Below are positions 17,303-26,573 of a stretch of DNA of 34,973 nucleotides, piece after piece. The notes under the pieces are model-generated. The model did no database searches and had not been told where the DNA came from. It saw nothing but the letters and a program-made list of their open reading frames with translations. Made by a program: the position numbers and the translations under genes. Origin of the DNA: a virus (lineage: Duplodnaviria > Caudoviricetes); the IMG/VR virus record IMGVR_UViG_3300022670_000534, positions 1-34,973 of that record; one strand, written 5' to 3'. Within the stretch, counting starts at the first letter, position 1. Each line of letters begins with the position of its first letter.

Positions 17303-19357
17303 TTAAACCTGCTGAACCCCAGCAGTTGGGTTTTGATTACCGGCACTGTTTCTCACTAAAGCAATAACATTAACAAGAGCCTCGTTAAGCGCTTGTTGAT
17401 TACCGGCTGCGGCGGCTAACTCTGCCATCTGAACAGCATTTTCAACATCGTTCTGTTCGGTTTCGCTGAAAGTGTTAACCGCTTTTGCCTGTTTAGTGGC
17501 TGTGTCGGCTGTCGTGTTCTCTATTTTAGCTTGCTGTTCAGCGAATTGCAATTCTATAGATTTTTGCTGAAGAGCTTGTTGTTGGTCTCTCTGTTGCTGG
17601 AGCGTTTGCTGTTGCTCCGGTGTTAAATCTTCATCGTCTGCAATTCCTGGTGGTAATAACTTCTTCAAGCGCTCTGCTAATTCATCAGCACCAGGCCAAT
17701 CGAGATTTTTAGCAACCAAATCGCCAGCAACCTGCATAACTTGAGGAAATACTCTACCAAGCTCGACCATTGACGAAGCAGCCTCGATTCGCCGTGTTTT
17801 GAATGATGGTCCAACACTAGACCTTACATCGTACTTACCACGGGTTAAATCATTTTGAATTTTCAGACCATCAGGCGTAAGAATAGGTTTATTAATCTCA
17901 ACAAATCGAGTGCCTGAATCTTCACCACGTAATCTAATCACTCGCTGAGTATCATAGTATTTGGGGATTAAATCTAGTATGACTCGTCCGGTATGTTCTA
18001 TGGCCTGCGCTAAGTTATCCATATACAGGGATTGACCTAAGTCAGCTTCTTGTTGCAGAGCGATAACCGCGCGGCCTGAACGATTTTCAGGTGTTGCTTG
18101 TTGTGCAGCTTCGAATACGCCGGTTGCCTGTTGGATATCTTGCGCACTGATAGCCGCCTGTGCTAACAATCCGCTTTGCATAGTTGGTGGATTTAAACGC
18201 TGTGGAGGTGGAGCTTTGCCGTCATGTTCATAAGGCAGATAAGGCAAGTTATCACTATTGGCCCGCTCCCAGAATTGTTTATAATTCTTGATTTGGTCAG
18301 CAGTAACTAAAAATGGTGCTTTTGGTTGTAATGCAATAGTTTCAGCCGCCGCGCTGTTCCAGTAGTTATACATGCGTTGCGGGTCTTTAGCTGGTCTCAC
18401 GATGCCACGAATAAGTGTTTCACCTTCGATGTTATCCTCTTCGCCATAGACAGGAATGCCAGGGAAGAATTTAGAGGGCCACTCGATATGCTCAAGGATT
18501 TCAAACGATGTTAGTTTGTACCAATCTATTACATCAACCTCAACATCGCGGTCTTTAACCGGTGTCACGCCTTGAGCCTGATACAGTTCAATATCTTCAT
18601 CTGTGATTTCATCAGTGTTAACAACTATGCCATTAGATAATTGAGTAATGTTTTTCTTTTTCTTGCTCTTAATGAAATACTCACCAATTCGTATCGAGTC
18701 CGAATCATACCATCTGGTTTGAGTCTCACCTATGCCCTGGTTAGGAATACCAAGAGGTATATCGACATCTGGAAACATTGTCTCAAATTTCTTCTTTGAC
18801 AGCGTTTCGCTGATAATCATAAACCGGCCGTCTTGTTTTTGCGGCTGGATAGCGTCGGGATCGAAATAATATGTAAACGGGTTTTTAACTGGGAGGATAA
18901 CTATATCTTGGTCAAATATATCATCTTGGTTCACTATTGTATTGACACGCCATACCCCAAAGCCCATTTTAACCTGAAATTTAGCTGCGTTTATGTAGGC
19001 GTTGCGAGCATTAGATGATTGTTCTATCTGCCTGGTTAAATCTTCCATCACATCAGCAGTTTCTTTATCAGCTCCATCATCAACGGGATCGATTTTAATT
19101 GATGGCATGTTTTGACGAATGTTACCCATAATCTTGCGGACTGATTGGCCAATATGGTCAAGTGTTAGCATCGGCCGGTCTTTGCGCTCTTTCTGAATGT
19201 CTCGGGGCCATTGGTCAAGCGCTGCAAAGCGTAAATCATCAACCATATCGATGCGATTACGACTTTCAGCAGTGAATGCGAGATCGAAATCTTCCATAAA
19301 ATTGGCAATGATTTCATCTTTAGTCTTGCCTGTTGGTATTTTTAATTCTCTAGGCAC
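17303..19357 (-). CDS. portal protein (P22 gp1-like)
   Basis: 684 aa; DQW, RPMLT, GIVRPAKDPQRMYN, SGRA, GKYDV-x-x-x-x-GPS motifs; Q-rich C-terminal barrel. Confidence 0.93.
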   Translation of the reverse strand: MPRELKIPTGKTKDEIIANFMEDFDLAFTAESRNRIDMVDDLRFAALDQWPRDIQKERKDRPMLTLDHIGQSVRKIMGNIRQNMPSIKIDPVDDGADKETADVMEDLTRQIEQSSNARNAYINAAKFQVKMGFGVWRVNTIVNQDDIFDQDIVILPVKNPFTYYFDPDAIQPQKQDGRFMIISETLSKKKFETMFPDVDIPLGIPNQGIGETQTRWYDSDSIRIGEYFIKSKKKKNITQLSNGIVVNTDEITDEDIELYQAQGVTPVKDRDVEVDVIDWYKLTSFEILEHIEWPSKFFPGIPVYGEEDNIEGETLIRGIVRPAKDPQRMYNYWNSAAAETIALQPKAPFLVTADQIKNYKQFWERANSDNLPYLPYEHDGKAPPPQRLNPPTMQSGLLAQAAISAQDIQQATGVFEAAQQATPENRSGRAVIALQQEADLGQSLYMDNLAQAIEHTGRVILDLIPKYYDTQRVIRLRGEDSGTRFVEINKPILTPDGLKIQNDLTRGKYDVRSSVGPSFKTRRIEAASSMVELGRVFPQVMQVAGDLVAKNLDWPGADELAERLKKLLPPGIADDEDLTPEQQQTLQQQRDQQQALQQKSIELQFAEQQAKIENTTADTATKQAKAVNTFSETEQNDVENAVQMAELAAAAGNQQALNEALVNVIALVRNSAGNQNPTAGVQQV

Positions 19358-20648
19358 CCATCCATCCCCCTCTGCTTTGTGGTATTTCTAATGGCTCGCT
19401 GTTGTCCGGTGGTTTATATACGATACACATTAAACCAAATGCATCAGCGCCATGTGACGCCCAATCATGTTCCGGACCTAAACCAATGTTTCTCACTTCA
19501 TCTTTCTTTTCATGATACCAGCCTAGTGCATCTATACCGCCGCTACATTTTTCTTCATTGAACCAAATGGAAGAAAACAAGCGCCGCGACTCTTCAACTC
19601 TCGCCATTGCCGCGCCTTTGCCTTGATTTGGCACCACCGTAACATGATAACCAGCTGATTTTAACGCACTCTCATATGATACGTCAAAAACCCTGTCATT
19701 TGTAGAGCCATCGTGAGGCAACCATATCTGAGCTTTGCCTGGTTCGTAACCCTCTTTTCTCATCCATTCTAGGTGCGCGCCTAACGGTTGACCTTGAGCT
19801 TCATAATAGTTTAATACCCGTATTTCTCTGCCAATGAATTGCGCGGCCCATATTGTAAACGCATCAGCTTTGGCACCAGTACCGCCGATATCAACGAATA
19901 ATCGAATAGTCATTAATGGGTCAGCTGCAACTCGTCCTATCCTACCTTCTGACTTAGCTAACGCTAAATTAGCAGCATAATAAGCACCTTCGGTAATAGT
20001 AGCATAACCACCATCCCAAACATGATCATACTCGTCTGGTGTAGCTATAAGACAGTCTTGGCGTTCTTGTTCTAATACACTAGGAAACCAAGGATTATCG
20101 GACCAATTGGATTTCACCACTATTGCACCAGTTGGTAATATTCCTTGCGTAAGCATGACATCGACTGGATCGGTTTTTCTTCTCCGGTTCCATGAGAACC
20201 ACAATTCAGAGCCATCGCTTCGAATTGTTGGCCGCAATAATCTTAGTGAAGTAGCAGACAATGTTTGAGCTTCTTCCACCCAGGCTCGTTTAAAACCTTC
20301 TAATGACTTAATTGATTCGGCTGTATGGTCCTGCATACCCTGAAAGATAATAATGCCATCACCTGGTGTTTGTATGCACTCATTGAAAACCTTAAAGCCT
20401 TGGGCCTCACCTAATCTTAATGATTTTAACTTTGCTTCTAGTAAACGCTTGGCTGAATCTTTGAGGGACTTTTGTACTTCTCGAATGCAGACAGACAATA
20501 GACCTTTTTCATAAAGGCTATCGTCTATTAGTTTTTCGCCGAAGAAATGAGACTTGCCTGAACCACGACCACCGTGAGCACCTTTATATCGTGATGGTTG
20601 CAGGAGAGGCTGAAATATTCTAGCTGTTGGTATCTGGAGTATCGACAA
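19350..20648 (-). CDS. terL: terminase large subunit
   Basis: Walker A GGRGSGKS, Walker B WVEEA, nuclease DIGG and HDWASHGADAF. Confidence 0.95.
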   Translation of the reverse strand: MSILQIPTARIFQPLLQPSRYKGAHGGRGSGKSHFFGEKLIDDSLYEKGLLSVCIREVQKSLKDSAKRLLEAKLKSLRLGEAQGFKVFNECIQTPGDGIIIFQGMQDHTAESIKSLEGFKRAWVEEAQTLSATSLRLLRPTIRSDGSELWFSWNRRRKTDPVDVMLTQGILPTGAIVVKSNWSDNPWFPSVLEQERQDCLIATPDEYDHVWDGGYATITEGAYYAANLALAKSEGRIGRVAADPLMTIRLFVDIGGTGAKADAFTIWAAQFIGREIRVLNYYEAQGQPLGAHLEWMRKEGYEPGKAQIWLPHDGSTNDRVFDVSYESALKSAGYHVTVVPNQGKGAAMARVEESRRLFSSIWFNEEKCSGGIDALGWYHEKKDEVRNIGLGPEHDWASHGADAFGLMCIVYKPPDNSEPLEIPQSRGGWMGA

Positions 20649-21054
20649 TTATTCGCTCCACCCTTGTGATAGTTTCAACAGGACCACCACCAACGCCAGT
20701 CAGTTCAGTCTTAACCTTATTAGCGTCAAAACCGCCAGTGAAATCAGATAAGGCTTTCCATGCTGCTACACGGGCCGATTGACTTGAACCTTTACCATTA
20801 GCCTGTGCTTCAATTAGAAGACCATTTACAACGTCTTCTATGGTCACCATAGACCTTTCTGCTGCTTCCTTGCGCTTTGTCTCTAATTCTAGGGCGATCC
20901 TCGGGTCTTGCTCAAGTTTATTTGCTTCCACGCTAATTGCTTTGTCTGACATTTTTTTACAGTTGTAAGCAGCCTTATATGAAGCAGACACCCCAATACC
21001 TTCAATACGGTTGTTCTTGTATGCCTCCTGTTTGACTGTTAGCTTCCTCGGCAT
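20620..21054 (-). CDS. terS: terminase small subunit
   Basis: LTVKQEAY...SYKAAY...ANKL...PRI HTH pattern and ELTG-x-x-GGPV C-terminus; directly upstream of terL. Confidence 0.85.
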   Translation of the reverse strand: MPRKLTVKQEAYKNNRIEGIGVSASYKAAYNCKKMSDKAISVEANKLEQDPRIALELETKRKEAAERSMVTIEDVVNGLLIEAQANGKGSSQSARVAAWKALSDFTGGFDANKVKTELTGVGGGPVETITRVERIIVDTPDTNS

Positions 21055-21170
21055 TACTTTCTACTCTTCCGCTTTCGTCTTTTAGGCGGAGTAACTTTAA
21101 CAATCACTTTTATAGAACCACGCTTTCTATTTTTATGGTTACTATTTTTTGAATTTTTATCCTGAGCCAT
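21054..21170 (-). CDS. 38-aa highly basic peptide (not in ORF track)
   Basis: GAGGAG SD; MAQDKNSKNSNHKNRKRGSIKVIVKVTPPKRRKRKSRK; TAA overlaps the terS ATG. Confidence 0.65.
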   Translation of the reverse strand: MAQDKNSKNSNHKNRKRGSIKVIVKVTPPKRRKRKSRK

Positions 21171-21171
21171 T

Positions 21172-21408
21172 TTACTTCTCCTCTTTTATTTCTATAAACT
21201 TAGCTTCTTCAATACCGTCTTTAGGTTGTTCTCCAGGGAACCAAACATCAGTTAATCCCAATAGGATATCAGCGGTGATTTCCGGTGCATCTTCTACGAA
21301 CTTTGTAAGCGCCTTTGTCTTTCTGATTTCTACTCTGTTATCACCAGACACTAAAACGAATGTTTGTTTGTCTTCAGCGAATTGAATTGCAGCTACACAA
21401 TTTAACAT
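21172..21408 (-). CDS. hypothetical protein
   Basis: Coupled to neighbours; 78 aa. Confidence 0.65.
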   Translation of the reverse strand: MLNCVAAIQFAEDKQTFVLVSGDNRVEIRKTKALTKFVEDAPEITADILLGLTDVWFPGEQPKDGIEEAKFIEIKEEK

Positions 21409-21722
21409 TATTTTTCCTTTATCTCTATTTTGAATGACCGCTCGAATGTTCTTGGGGTTGTGTTGGTGGTTACAATTTTGGTAGTCACAATGCCGATTTG
21501 ACCATCTGTGCCGCCAGATACAAAGAAAGTCACAACCTTACCTGAGAAACTACTTGAATCTATTGTTAGATTCTTTGCGGTTACTGTCACTGATGCAATG
21601 CCATCAGATTGTAATAGTTGCGTGAAGTCCATATCGTAATCGAATACGTCTGAAGGGTCTTTGCTTGAACTGAATCTCAGGTCAACAAGAGAAGGCGGTA
21701 TCTTTATAGTGATGGTTGCCAT
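21408..21722 (-). CDS. small Ig-like/fibre-adaptor-type virion protein
   Basis: KDP-x-D-x-x-DY-x-x-DF, FFVSGG and RTFERS motifs of a widespread phage family. Confidence 0.55.
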   Translation of the reverse strand: MATITIKIPPSLVDLRFSSSKDPSDVFDYDMDFTQLLQSDGIASVTVTAKNLTIDSSSFSGKVVTFFVSGGTDGQIGIVTTKIVTTNTTPRTFERSFKIEIKEK

Positions 21723-21731
21723 TATTTAGCC

Positions 21732-22022
21732 TTATACGAAGCTTCTGTTAGCTTCTACTTTGCCTAAAGCAGATAATACAAGCGATGGAGTGGTAGAGCC
21801 TGCTAAATCAAAACGGTAAATACCGCCCTCGTCCGGTGACTCGAAAATATAATCAGCATCCGCTGTTTGCGCCGTGCCTATAATATCTTCAAAGGTGTTA
21901 TTAATCTTTTGTTGGAGGGTTATTGTACCGGCACCAAACGTACCAATTAGATGAACCCTGAAGCTACCTGTCGCGGTAAATTCACCTGTTTGACCGTCTG
22001 CGGCTAATTCTGCTGTAAACAT
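21732..22022 (-). CDS. small beta-sandwich protein
   Basis: GTFGAGTITLQ and YRFDL motifs; next to the fibre-like gene. Confidence 0.55.
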   Translation of the reverse strand: MFTAELAADGQTGEFTATGSFRVHLIGTFGAGTITLQQKINNTFEDIIGTAQTADADYIFESPDEGGIYRFDLAGSTTPSLVLSALGKVEANRSFV

Positions 22023-22053
22023 TTCTTAATCCTCTGTTGAGAAGGTAATTATA

Positions 22054-23247
22054 TCACAATGCAAGAACTTGCGAGGGAGTTAACACTACATCATATGTTC
22101 TTAAATCTTTAACGTGTCCGAATAAATATGTAATATTGTCTACGCGCCGACCTATGTCTATCGAAGTTAATCCAACAGGCAGAGTTACAGATGTATCATT
22201 CGCTACTTGCGCAGCGTTTACAAATATCCTTACATCATTAACTTTGTATGTCTCTACAAAGTTAAACTTCAATGGGACATCGCCAGGTTGTTGATTCATC
22301 TGAACAGCGCCTGCCTGTATAAAATATTGACCACTGGGAGCGCCAACATTTCTATTCATTGTATGTCTATGGGTTTCAGTTCCATCATTGACACTGTAAA
22401 AGAATTGATTTGCTGTGTTTTTTGCAAGCAAGATAATATCTAAACTTATAGACCCTTGAGCCTGATTAAAATTACCAACGGCGGTAATGCTTAGATTGTC
22501 TGCTGTTCGTGTTACTGCGATTGTGGTTGTTTTAATATAAGATGATGCGAACGGTAATTCTTCTCCTTGCGCTCCCCAAACAAGTATGTCAGACGTTAAA
22601 TCTCCTGAACCCGTAGTTCCTCGCAATTCTAATCCTAGAAAATTCGCTCCATTGAAACTTCTCGTTAAACTGATGCGATTCCATTCATTTGTTACTGTAA
22701 ACGCTGAAGACGTTGACCCTTCCCGTTGTATTGCAATTTCCTGATTACTTCCTGTATTGCTCTTAACATAAATTGCAATATCATAATCTGCCGTTGTATT
22801 AACCAACTGTCTAATAAACGACCTATCTCCGAGAACATTAGAACCTATCGCGAATTGAATTCTATCTGCTGTCATAGAGCCATCAGGCGCTACACCAGCA
22901 TTTGCAGTTACTACAGGAGTAGTGCCAGCTCCTGTAGATCCTTTAGCCCAACTAGCATTGTCAAATTCTTCACTTCTAAATAACAGATTAGTACTAGCCC
23001 CCTCAATTAATACTCCGTCAGCTTCAAATCTAGCGGCATCGATAGCGGCTGTTTTTACTAAGCCATCGTTTTTATCGACAAACGTGCCGGTAGTTGAGCG
23101 GGTAAACGTTGCAGCACCGACACCATGTCTTAGAATTAGATTTCCATCAAGAGGCATATCAAGAAGGGGAATAGGTAATCCCGTTCGTATTACGTTTGAG
23201 ATTACTTGTCTCGTGACATCTCTGATTACTGGTCTATTAACTGGCAT
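22054..23247 (-). CDS. fibre/spike-like protein with carbohydrate-binding and LamG-like domains
   Basis: ATFTRS, GVLIEGASTNLL, APDG-x-x-TAD, WGAQGE...SSYIKT...TRTAD motifs plus a C-terminal LamG-like segment. Confidence 0.7.
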   Translation of the reverse strand: MPVNRPVIRDVTRQVISNVIRTGLPIPLLDMPLDGNLILRHGVGAATFTRSTTGTFVDKNDGLVKTAAIDAARFEADGVLIEGASTNLLFRSEEFDNASWAKGSTGAGTTPVVTANAGVAPDGSMTADRIQFAIGSNVLGDRSFIRQLVNTTADYDIAIYVKSNTGSNQEIAIQREGSTSSAFTVTNEWNRISLTRSFNGANFLGLELRGTTGSGDLTSDILVWGAQGEELPFASSYIKTTTIAVTRTADNLSITAVGNFNQAQGSISLDIILLAKNTANQFFYSVNDGTETHRHTMNRNVGAPSGQYFIQAGAVQMNQQPGDVPLKFNFVETYKVNDVRIFVNAAQVANDTSVTLPVGLTSIDIGRRVDNITYLFGHVKDLRTYDVVLTPSQVLAL

Positions 23248-23459
23248 TATGCATGTCCCCGAGCTTTACGGTGAGCACGTTTCTTTTGGTTGCGTGTGGT
23301 TGCAGGTAAGGAAATTTCTTGTTTAAGGGGATTATATTTATTGTGGATACCTTTCATACCTTCATGTAACCTAGCAGATTCATTTTCAAAAGCTTCTACT
23401 AATTCTTTATCACTTGGAGTATTAATATTGAAATCTAAAAGTTCATTAACTTGTTGCAT
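23247..23459 (-). CDS. hypothetical protein with basic tail
   Basis: GAGG SD; coupled to the downstream gene. Confidence 0.6.
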   Translation of the reverse strand: MQQVNELLDFNINTPSDKELVEAFENESARLHEGMKGIHNKYNPLKQEISLPATTRNQKKRAHRKARGHA

Positions 23460-23493
23460 ACTATTTTACCTCAACAATTAGTTTAAATTTAAA

Positions 23494-23668
23494 CGGAATT
23501 CCCACCCGATTGACGTTAAGTGCCTGGTTGCTTCTGATTCTGCTACTGGTTTTCTAACTTCTGTAAGTCCTTACTAGGATAGCTGCTCGCCTCAAATTGC
23601 CTACCCACATCGTAATTTCCGCAAAGAGCCAGTGCGCGCCTAGTTCACCTTGCCCGTCTACCACCGTA
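23494..23668 (-). ncRNA. candidate structured RNA
   Basis: GC-enriched intergenic region with nested complements ACGG/CCGT, GACG/CGTC, ACTGG/CCAGT and TCCT/AGGA. Confidence 0.3.
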
Positions 23669-23675
23669 TAACTAT

Positions 23676-24074
23676 CTAAAACATCCCATTATCTCTGGCC
23701 TTACCGCCGCCGAATAACCATGTGGCGATAAACCAACTTCTTGCTCTGAACCAGCGTCCTTCATCAGCCAGTATATCACGGAGTATCGCTGATGCTTGCC
23801 AATTGGTACACTTAGACCCATCCATGAAACAGCCGTCACGGCACAAAACATCGTGAAAAAGCCAGCCAAAACTATCAATGTCCATAGCACCGGTTGCGCC
23901 GTCATATGGCTCATCAGTTGTTTTTATTTCAACACGCTTATTGTAACGCCTGATAAGGTAAGATTTGTTTTTGATTACCTGATAACCAATAATAAAGCCG
24001 TCACCATCTTTTATTTTGATGATGTATTTGTATATTGATTCTTTCATAGCGAGAATCCTTGCTTTTCTTCGCAC
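23676..24074 (-). CDS. DUF1353-like protein
   Basis: YDGAT, FHDVLC and WLFGG motifs; the start is probably the second Met. Confidence 0.65.
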   Translation of the reverse strand: MRRKARILAMKESIYKYIIKIKDGDGFIIGYQVIKNKSYLIRRYNKRVEIKTTDEPYDGATGAMDIDSFGWLFHDVLCRDGCFMDGSKCTNWQASAILRDILADEGRWFRARSWFIATWLFGGGKARDNGMF

Positions 24075-24277
24075 AGTTCACGCCAAAGCTTAGCTAGTTC
24101 AGGCGTATTAAATCGGCGCTTAACACTTCCAACGCTTGCGCCGTTACAAATGGAAAACTCAGCAGCTTTAAGTACGTCATCGTTAACTTTTGCAGCTTTG
24201 CCAACCGCCGATCCTAATACTGAGCAACCAGTCAACGATAACAAAACAACTAACACTAAAATTTTTACATTAAACAT
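24044..24277 (-). CDS. lipoprotein
   Basis: TAAGGA SD before MFNVKILVLVVLLSLTGC; lipobox LTGC. Confidence 0.75.
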   Translation of the reverse strand: MFNVKILVLVVLLSLTGCSVLGSAVGKAAKVNDDVLKAAEFSICNGASVGSVKRRFNTPELAKLWRELCEEKQGFSL

Positions 24278-24422
24278 TTTTAATTCCTTATATAAATAAT
24301 TCACGCTGGCCAACCTGATTCTAATCCTTTTGATATCACACATATTGACTCTAAGGGATTAGCTCCCAAAAGTCTCATATCGGAAAGGAGTATGTATAAA
24401 TCTATGAATTCAATTAGCACAA

Positions 24423-24641
24423 TCAATTCTTCTTTTTTATCTCAAAATTGAAAACACCGTCTGTAACACTCATTGCCAACATAAGGCCACCGGTTGCATC
24501 AACTTCTTTAACAGGAATGGTTAATTTGCCTTTGACTGCATGTCTGTTTATTAGAGCAATCAAAAGTTGATCTTTAAAATCATCCAACAGTTGTGCATGT
24601 TCTGGTGATTCTTGTCTTGCTAAATCTATACCTTTACCCAT
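24423..24641 (-). CDS. hypothetical protein
   Basis: AGGA SD; 72 aa; co-oriented with neighbours. Confidence 0.7.
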   Translation of the reverse strand: MGKGIDLARQESPEHAQLLDDFKDQLLIALINRHAVKGKLTIPVKEVDATGGLMLAMSVTDGVFNFEIKKKN

Positions 24642-24677
24642 TATAATTTCCTATATTTGTCATCAGTGACTTAATGT

Positions 24678-24995
24678 TTAATCGTACTTACTGTCTTTAA
24701 CTAACGTGAAATTATATTGGAATAAACCCAATCCCTTTAATGTTTTTGGTGGCTCAATAATTTCTATGGTGTTGCCGTTTTCATATTCCCATATCTGACC
24801 AGTGCGTATTCCTATATTGTTTAAAATCTTTCTAAAAGATTTACGTTTTGCTTTTGTTAATGATGTCCTATGCCACTTGTTGCAACTTTCACATATATAA
24901 TAACTTGGCTTACCTCTGCCAATGAGATTTTTCATTGTTTTGAAATGAGTCTTAGCTTCTTTCTTAGTGTTATATCGTATTTTGTGGCAATCCAT
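24678..24995 (-). CDS. small Zn-binding protein
   Basis: C-x-K-x-x-Y...YYICESCNKWHRTS motif. Confidence 0.65.
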   Translation of the reverse strand: MDCHKIRYNTKKEAKTHFKTMKNLIGRGKPSYYICESCNKWHRTSLTKAKRKSFRKILNNIGIRTGQIWEYENGNTIEIIEPPKTLKGLGLFQYNFTLVKDSKYD

Positions 24996-24997
24996 AA

Positions 24998-25198
24998 TTA
25001 ATGTAATCCTCCACTATTGTCAGGTTGTTCTTCGTTGTCGACATCTTGAATTTCTATTTTTATCAAACCTTTTTCATAAGCGGTGAAAAATGCATGGCCC
25101 GCTACCAACCCTGGATCACTAATTTCATCTTCGTCGAATTGTATAGTGATATCTACGTATTCTTTACCTATTGATATCCTGACTTTCTTCCTTTTCAC
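24998..25198 (-). CDS. hypothetical protein
   Basis: GTGA-coupled to the upstream gene. Confidence 0.55.
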   Translation of the reverse strand: MKRKKVRISIGKEYVDITIQFDEDEISDPGLVAGHAFFTAYEKGLIKIEIQDVDNEEQPDNSGGLH

Positions 25199-25638
25199 GA
25201 TATAACCTTACCGGTTTTAACATCTATAACTTGAATCTTACCGCCTGAATAAATATCACGTGTCATTGCGTATTCAACGGCTTGCTTTGCACCTTTCCCT
25301 AAGTCCATAGCCGCTAGAGCTAATTCACTGCCAGACCCTTGTGCTTCATTAAAAGACAACTCAAAGTGCTCACAATAACCATCATTGTTAACAGATACTT
25401 CGTAACATTTCCCTCCCGATATTAATAAAGCTGAGCAATTTGGGATTGGGTCAACTTTGTCATTGTGCTTTAAATTACATAGGTCTTTGGTATCAGTAGC
25501 TTTTCCGCAAAAAACCCATGTTCCATGCTCATTTTTCATTGTCTTATCGAACGTGTCGCACTTAACTAGTCCATAACTCACCATCCGACTATCAACTGCT
25601 ATCTGTCCGTCCTGATAATGAAAAGCGATGGTGGTCAT
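25195..25638 (-). CDS. Ntn-hydrolase, HslV/proteasome-beta-like peptidase
   Basis: N-terminal MTTIA nucleophile, AVDSR, GSGS-x-x-ALAAM and DIYSGG. Confidence 0.85.
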   Translation of the reverse strand: MTTIAFHYQDGQIAVDSRMVSYGLVKCDTFDKTMKNEHGTWVFCGKATDTKDLCNLKHNDKVDPIPNCSALLISGGKCYEVSVNNDGYCEHFELSFNEAQGSGSELALAAMDLGKGAKQAVEYAMTRDIYSGGKIQVIDVKTGKVIS

Positions 25639-25641
25639 TAT

Positions 25642-25824
25642 TTAAAACTCCAATCTGGTGGATTCGATTATGGTTTGATTGTAATAAAAACCACACATAA
25701 TATCATTACCTTGAAAATCATTATACTCAGATTGACCTATCCATCTAGGGATTGCATATTCGGATTTTGTAAACCCATTTACAAGTCTTCTAGTTAGAAA
25801 CGCAGGGATTGCACCTATAGCCAT
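25642..25824 (-). CDS. hypothetical protein
   Basis: TAATG-coupled small ORF. Confidence 0.5.
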   Translation of the reverse strand: MAIGAIPAFLTRRLVNGFTKSEYAIPRWIGQSEYNDFQGNDIMCGFYYNQTIIESTRLEF

Positions 25825-26012
25825 TATTCACCCACCCCACATAAGCCAGCAATGATAATAGCAGTAGTTTGAGCACTAATAATACTGACACATAAGTTAT
25901 GATTTTCCATTTTAATCTTTTGCTTAGATATCTCTAATTTACGTTTTAAATCTTCTTCTTGATGTTTACTTTCTAGATCTAATACATATTGAAATCTTTC
26001 TGCTTGGTTCAT
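25824..26012 (-). CDS. hypothetical protein with C-terminal hydrophobic segment
   Basis: GAGG SD; 62 aa. Confidence 0.6.
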   Translation of the reverse strand: MNQAERFQYVLDLESKHQEEDLKRKLEISKQKIKMENHNLCVSIISAQTTAIIIAGLCGVGE

Positions 26013-26049
26013 TGTGTAACCTCGTTAATGGTTAATCGTTACGAAAAGT

Positions 26050-26103
26050 TGAAATGCCAATCAGGGTAACGAATCCTGACTTTCCCGCGCTAACGGTAGG
26101 CAT
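26050..26103 (-). ncRNA. mini tRNA-like element (acceptor plus T-arm-like)
   Basis: ATGCCTA/TTGGCAT stem, CCG-TTAGCG-CGG hairpin, GTCAGG-ATTCGTTAC-CCTGAT arm, ending T-TCA. Confidence 0.4.
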
Positions 26104-26133
26104 AGTTTATTATACGTCAAAGGGACAATGCTG

Positions 26134-26481
26134 TTAAGCAGCAGTATCCAGTACTTTGACTGATTTTTCAGATAACCAGGTAACTAATGATTTAGAAAAC
26201 TCTTCAGTGCCGTATTTCTTAACCATTCTGGCGATGTTTTCCAAATTTGGGGCTGTTTTTGGATCATCTTCCATTTGGCGATAGGTTCGGCCTTTGAGGT
26301 ATCCGTAAGCGATATGGGTATCACGGGCTTCAGCTCGTAATGGGCCACGGCGATGGTCACGTAATGGGTTGGCAAGACTGCACCAGTTTTTACCTTTGAG
26401 TTTTAACTCTTGAGCACGGATAATTCGCGATTCAGCTGCGAGTGATTTTACTTTCATTTTTAATGCAAATAAGTTCAACAT
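26134..26481 (-). CDS. basic hypothetical protein
   Basis: 115 aa, R/K-rich, with an EARDTHIAYGYLKGRTY motif; flanked by tRNA-like elements. Confidence 0.75.
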   Translation of the reverse strand: MLNLFALKMKVKSLAAESRIIRAQELKLKGKNWCSLANPLRDHRRGPLRAEARDTHIAYGYLKGRTYRQMEDDPKTAPNLENIARMVKKYGTEEFSKSLVTWLSEKSVKVLDTAA

Positions 26482-26536
26482 AATATTTTCTCTACTTAAT
26501 GGAATAAATTAATTTTTGGTACTACTTCATTAAGGG

Positions 26537-26573
26537 TTAAGGTGGGTCTTTATTGCATTCAGGTGAATCGCAT
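26537..26573 (-). other. putative leader mini-ORF M-R-F-T-[UGAA]-C-N-K-D-P-P-stop
   Basis: AAGGAG-6nt-ATG; frame 0 stops at TGA (26561-26559); +1 frame continues TGC AAT AAA GAC CCA CCT TAA. Confidence 0.45.

Noticed and set aside
4603-22983. Numerous + strand ORFs inside the structural operon (e.g. 6371-6775, 11604-11960)
   Set aside because: Antisense shadows of well-supported - strand genes, with no recognisable motifs.
23672-23914. Alternative-frame 80-aa ORF with a hydrophobic stretch inside the DUF1353-like gene
   Set aside because: No clear start signal or motif; cannot be supported as a nested spanin or holin.
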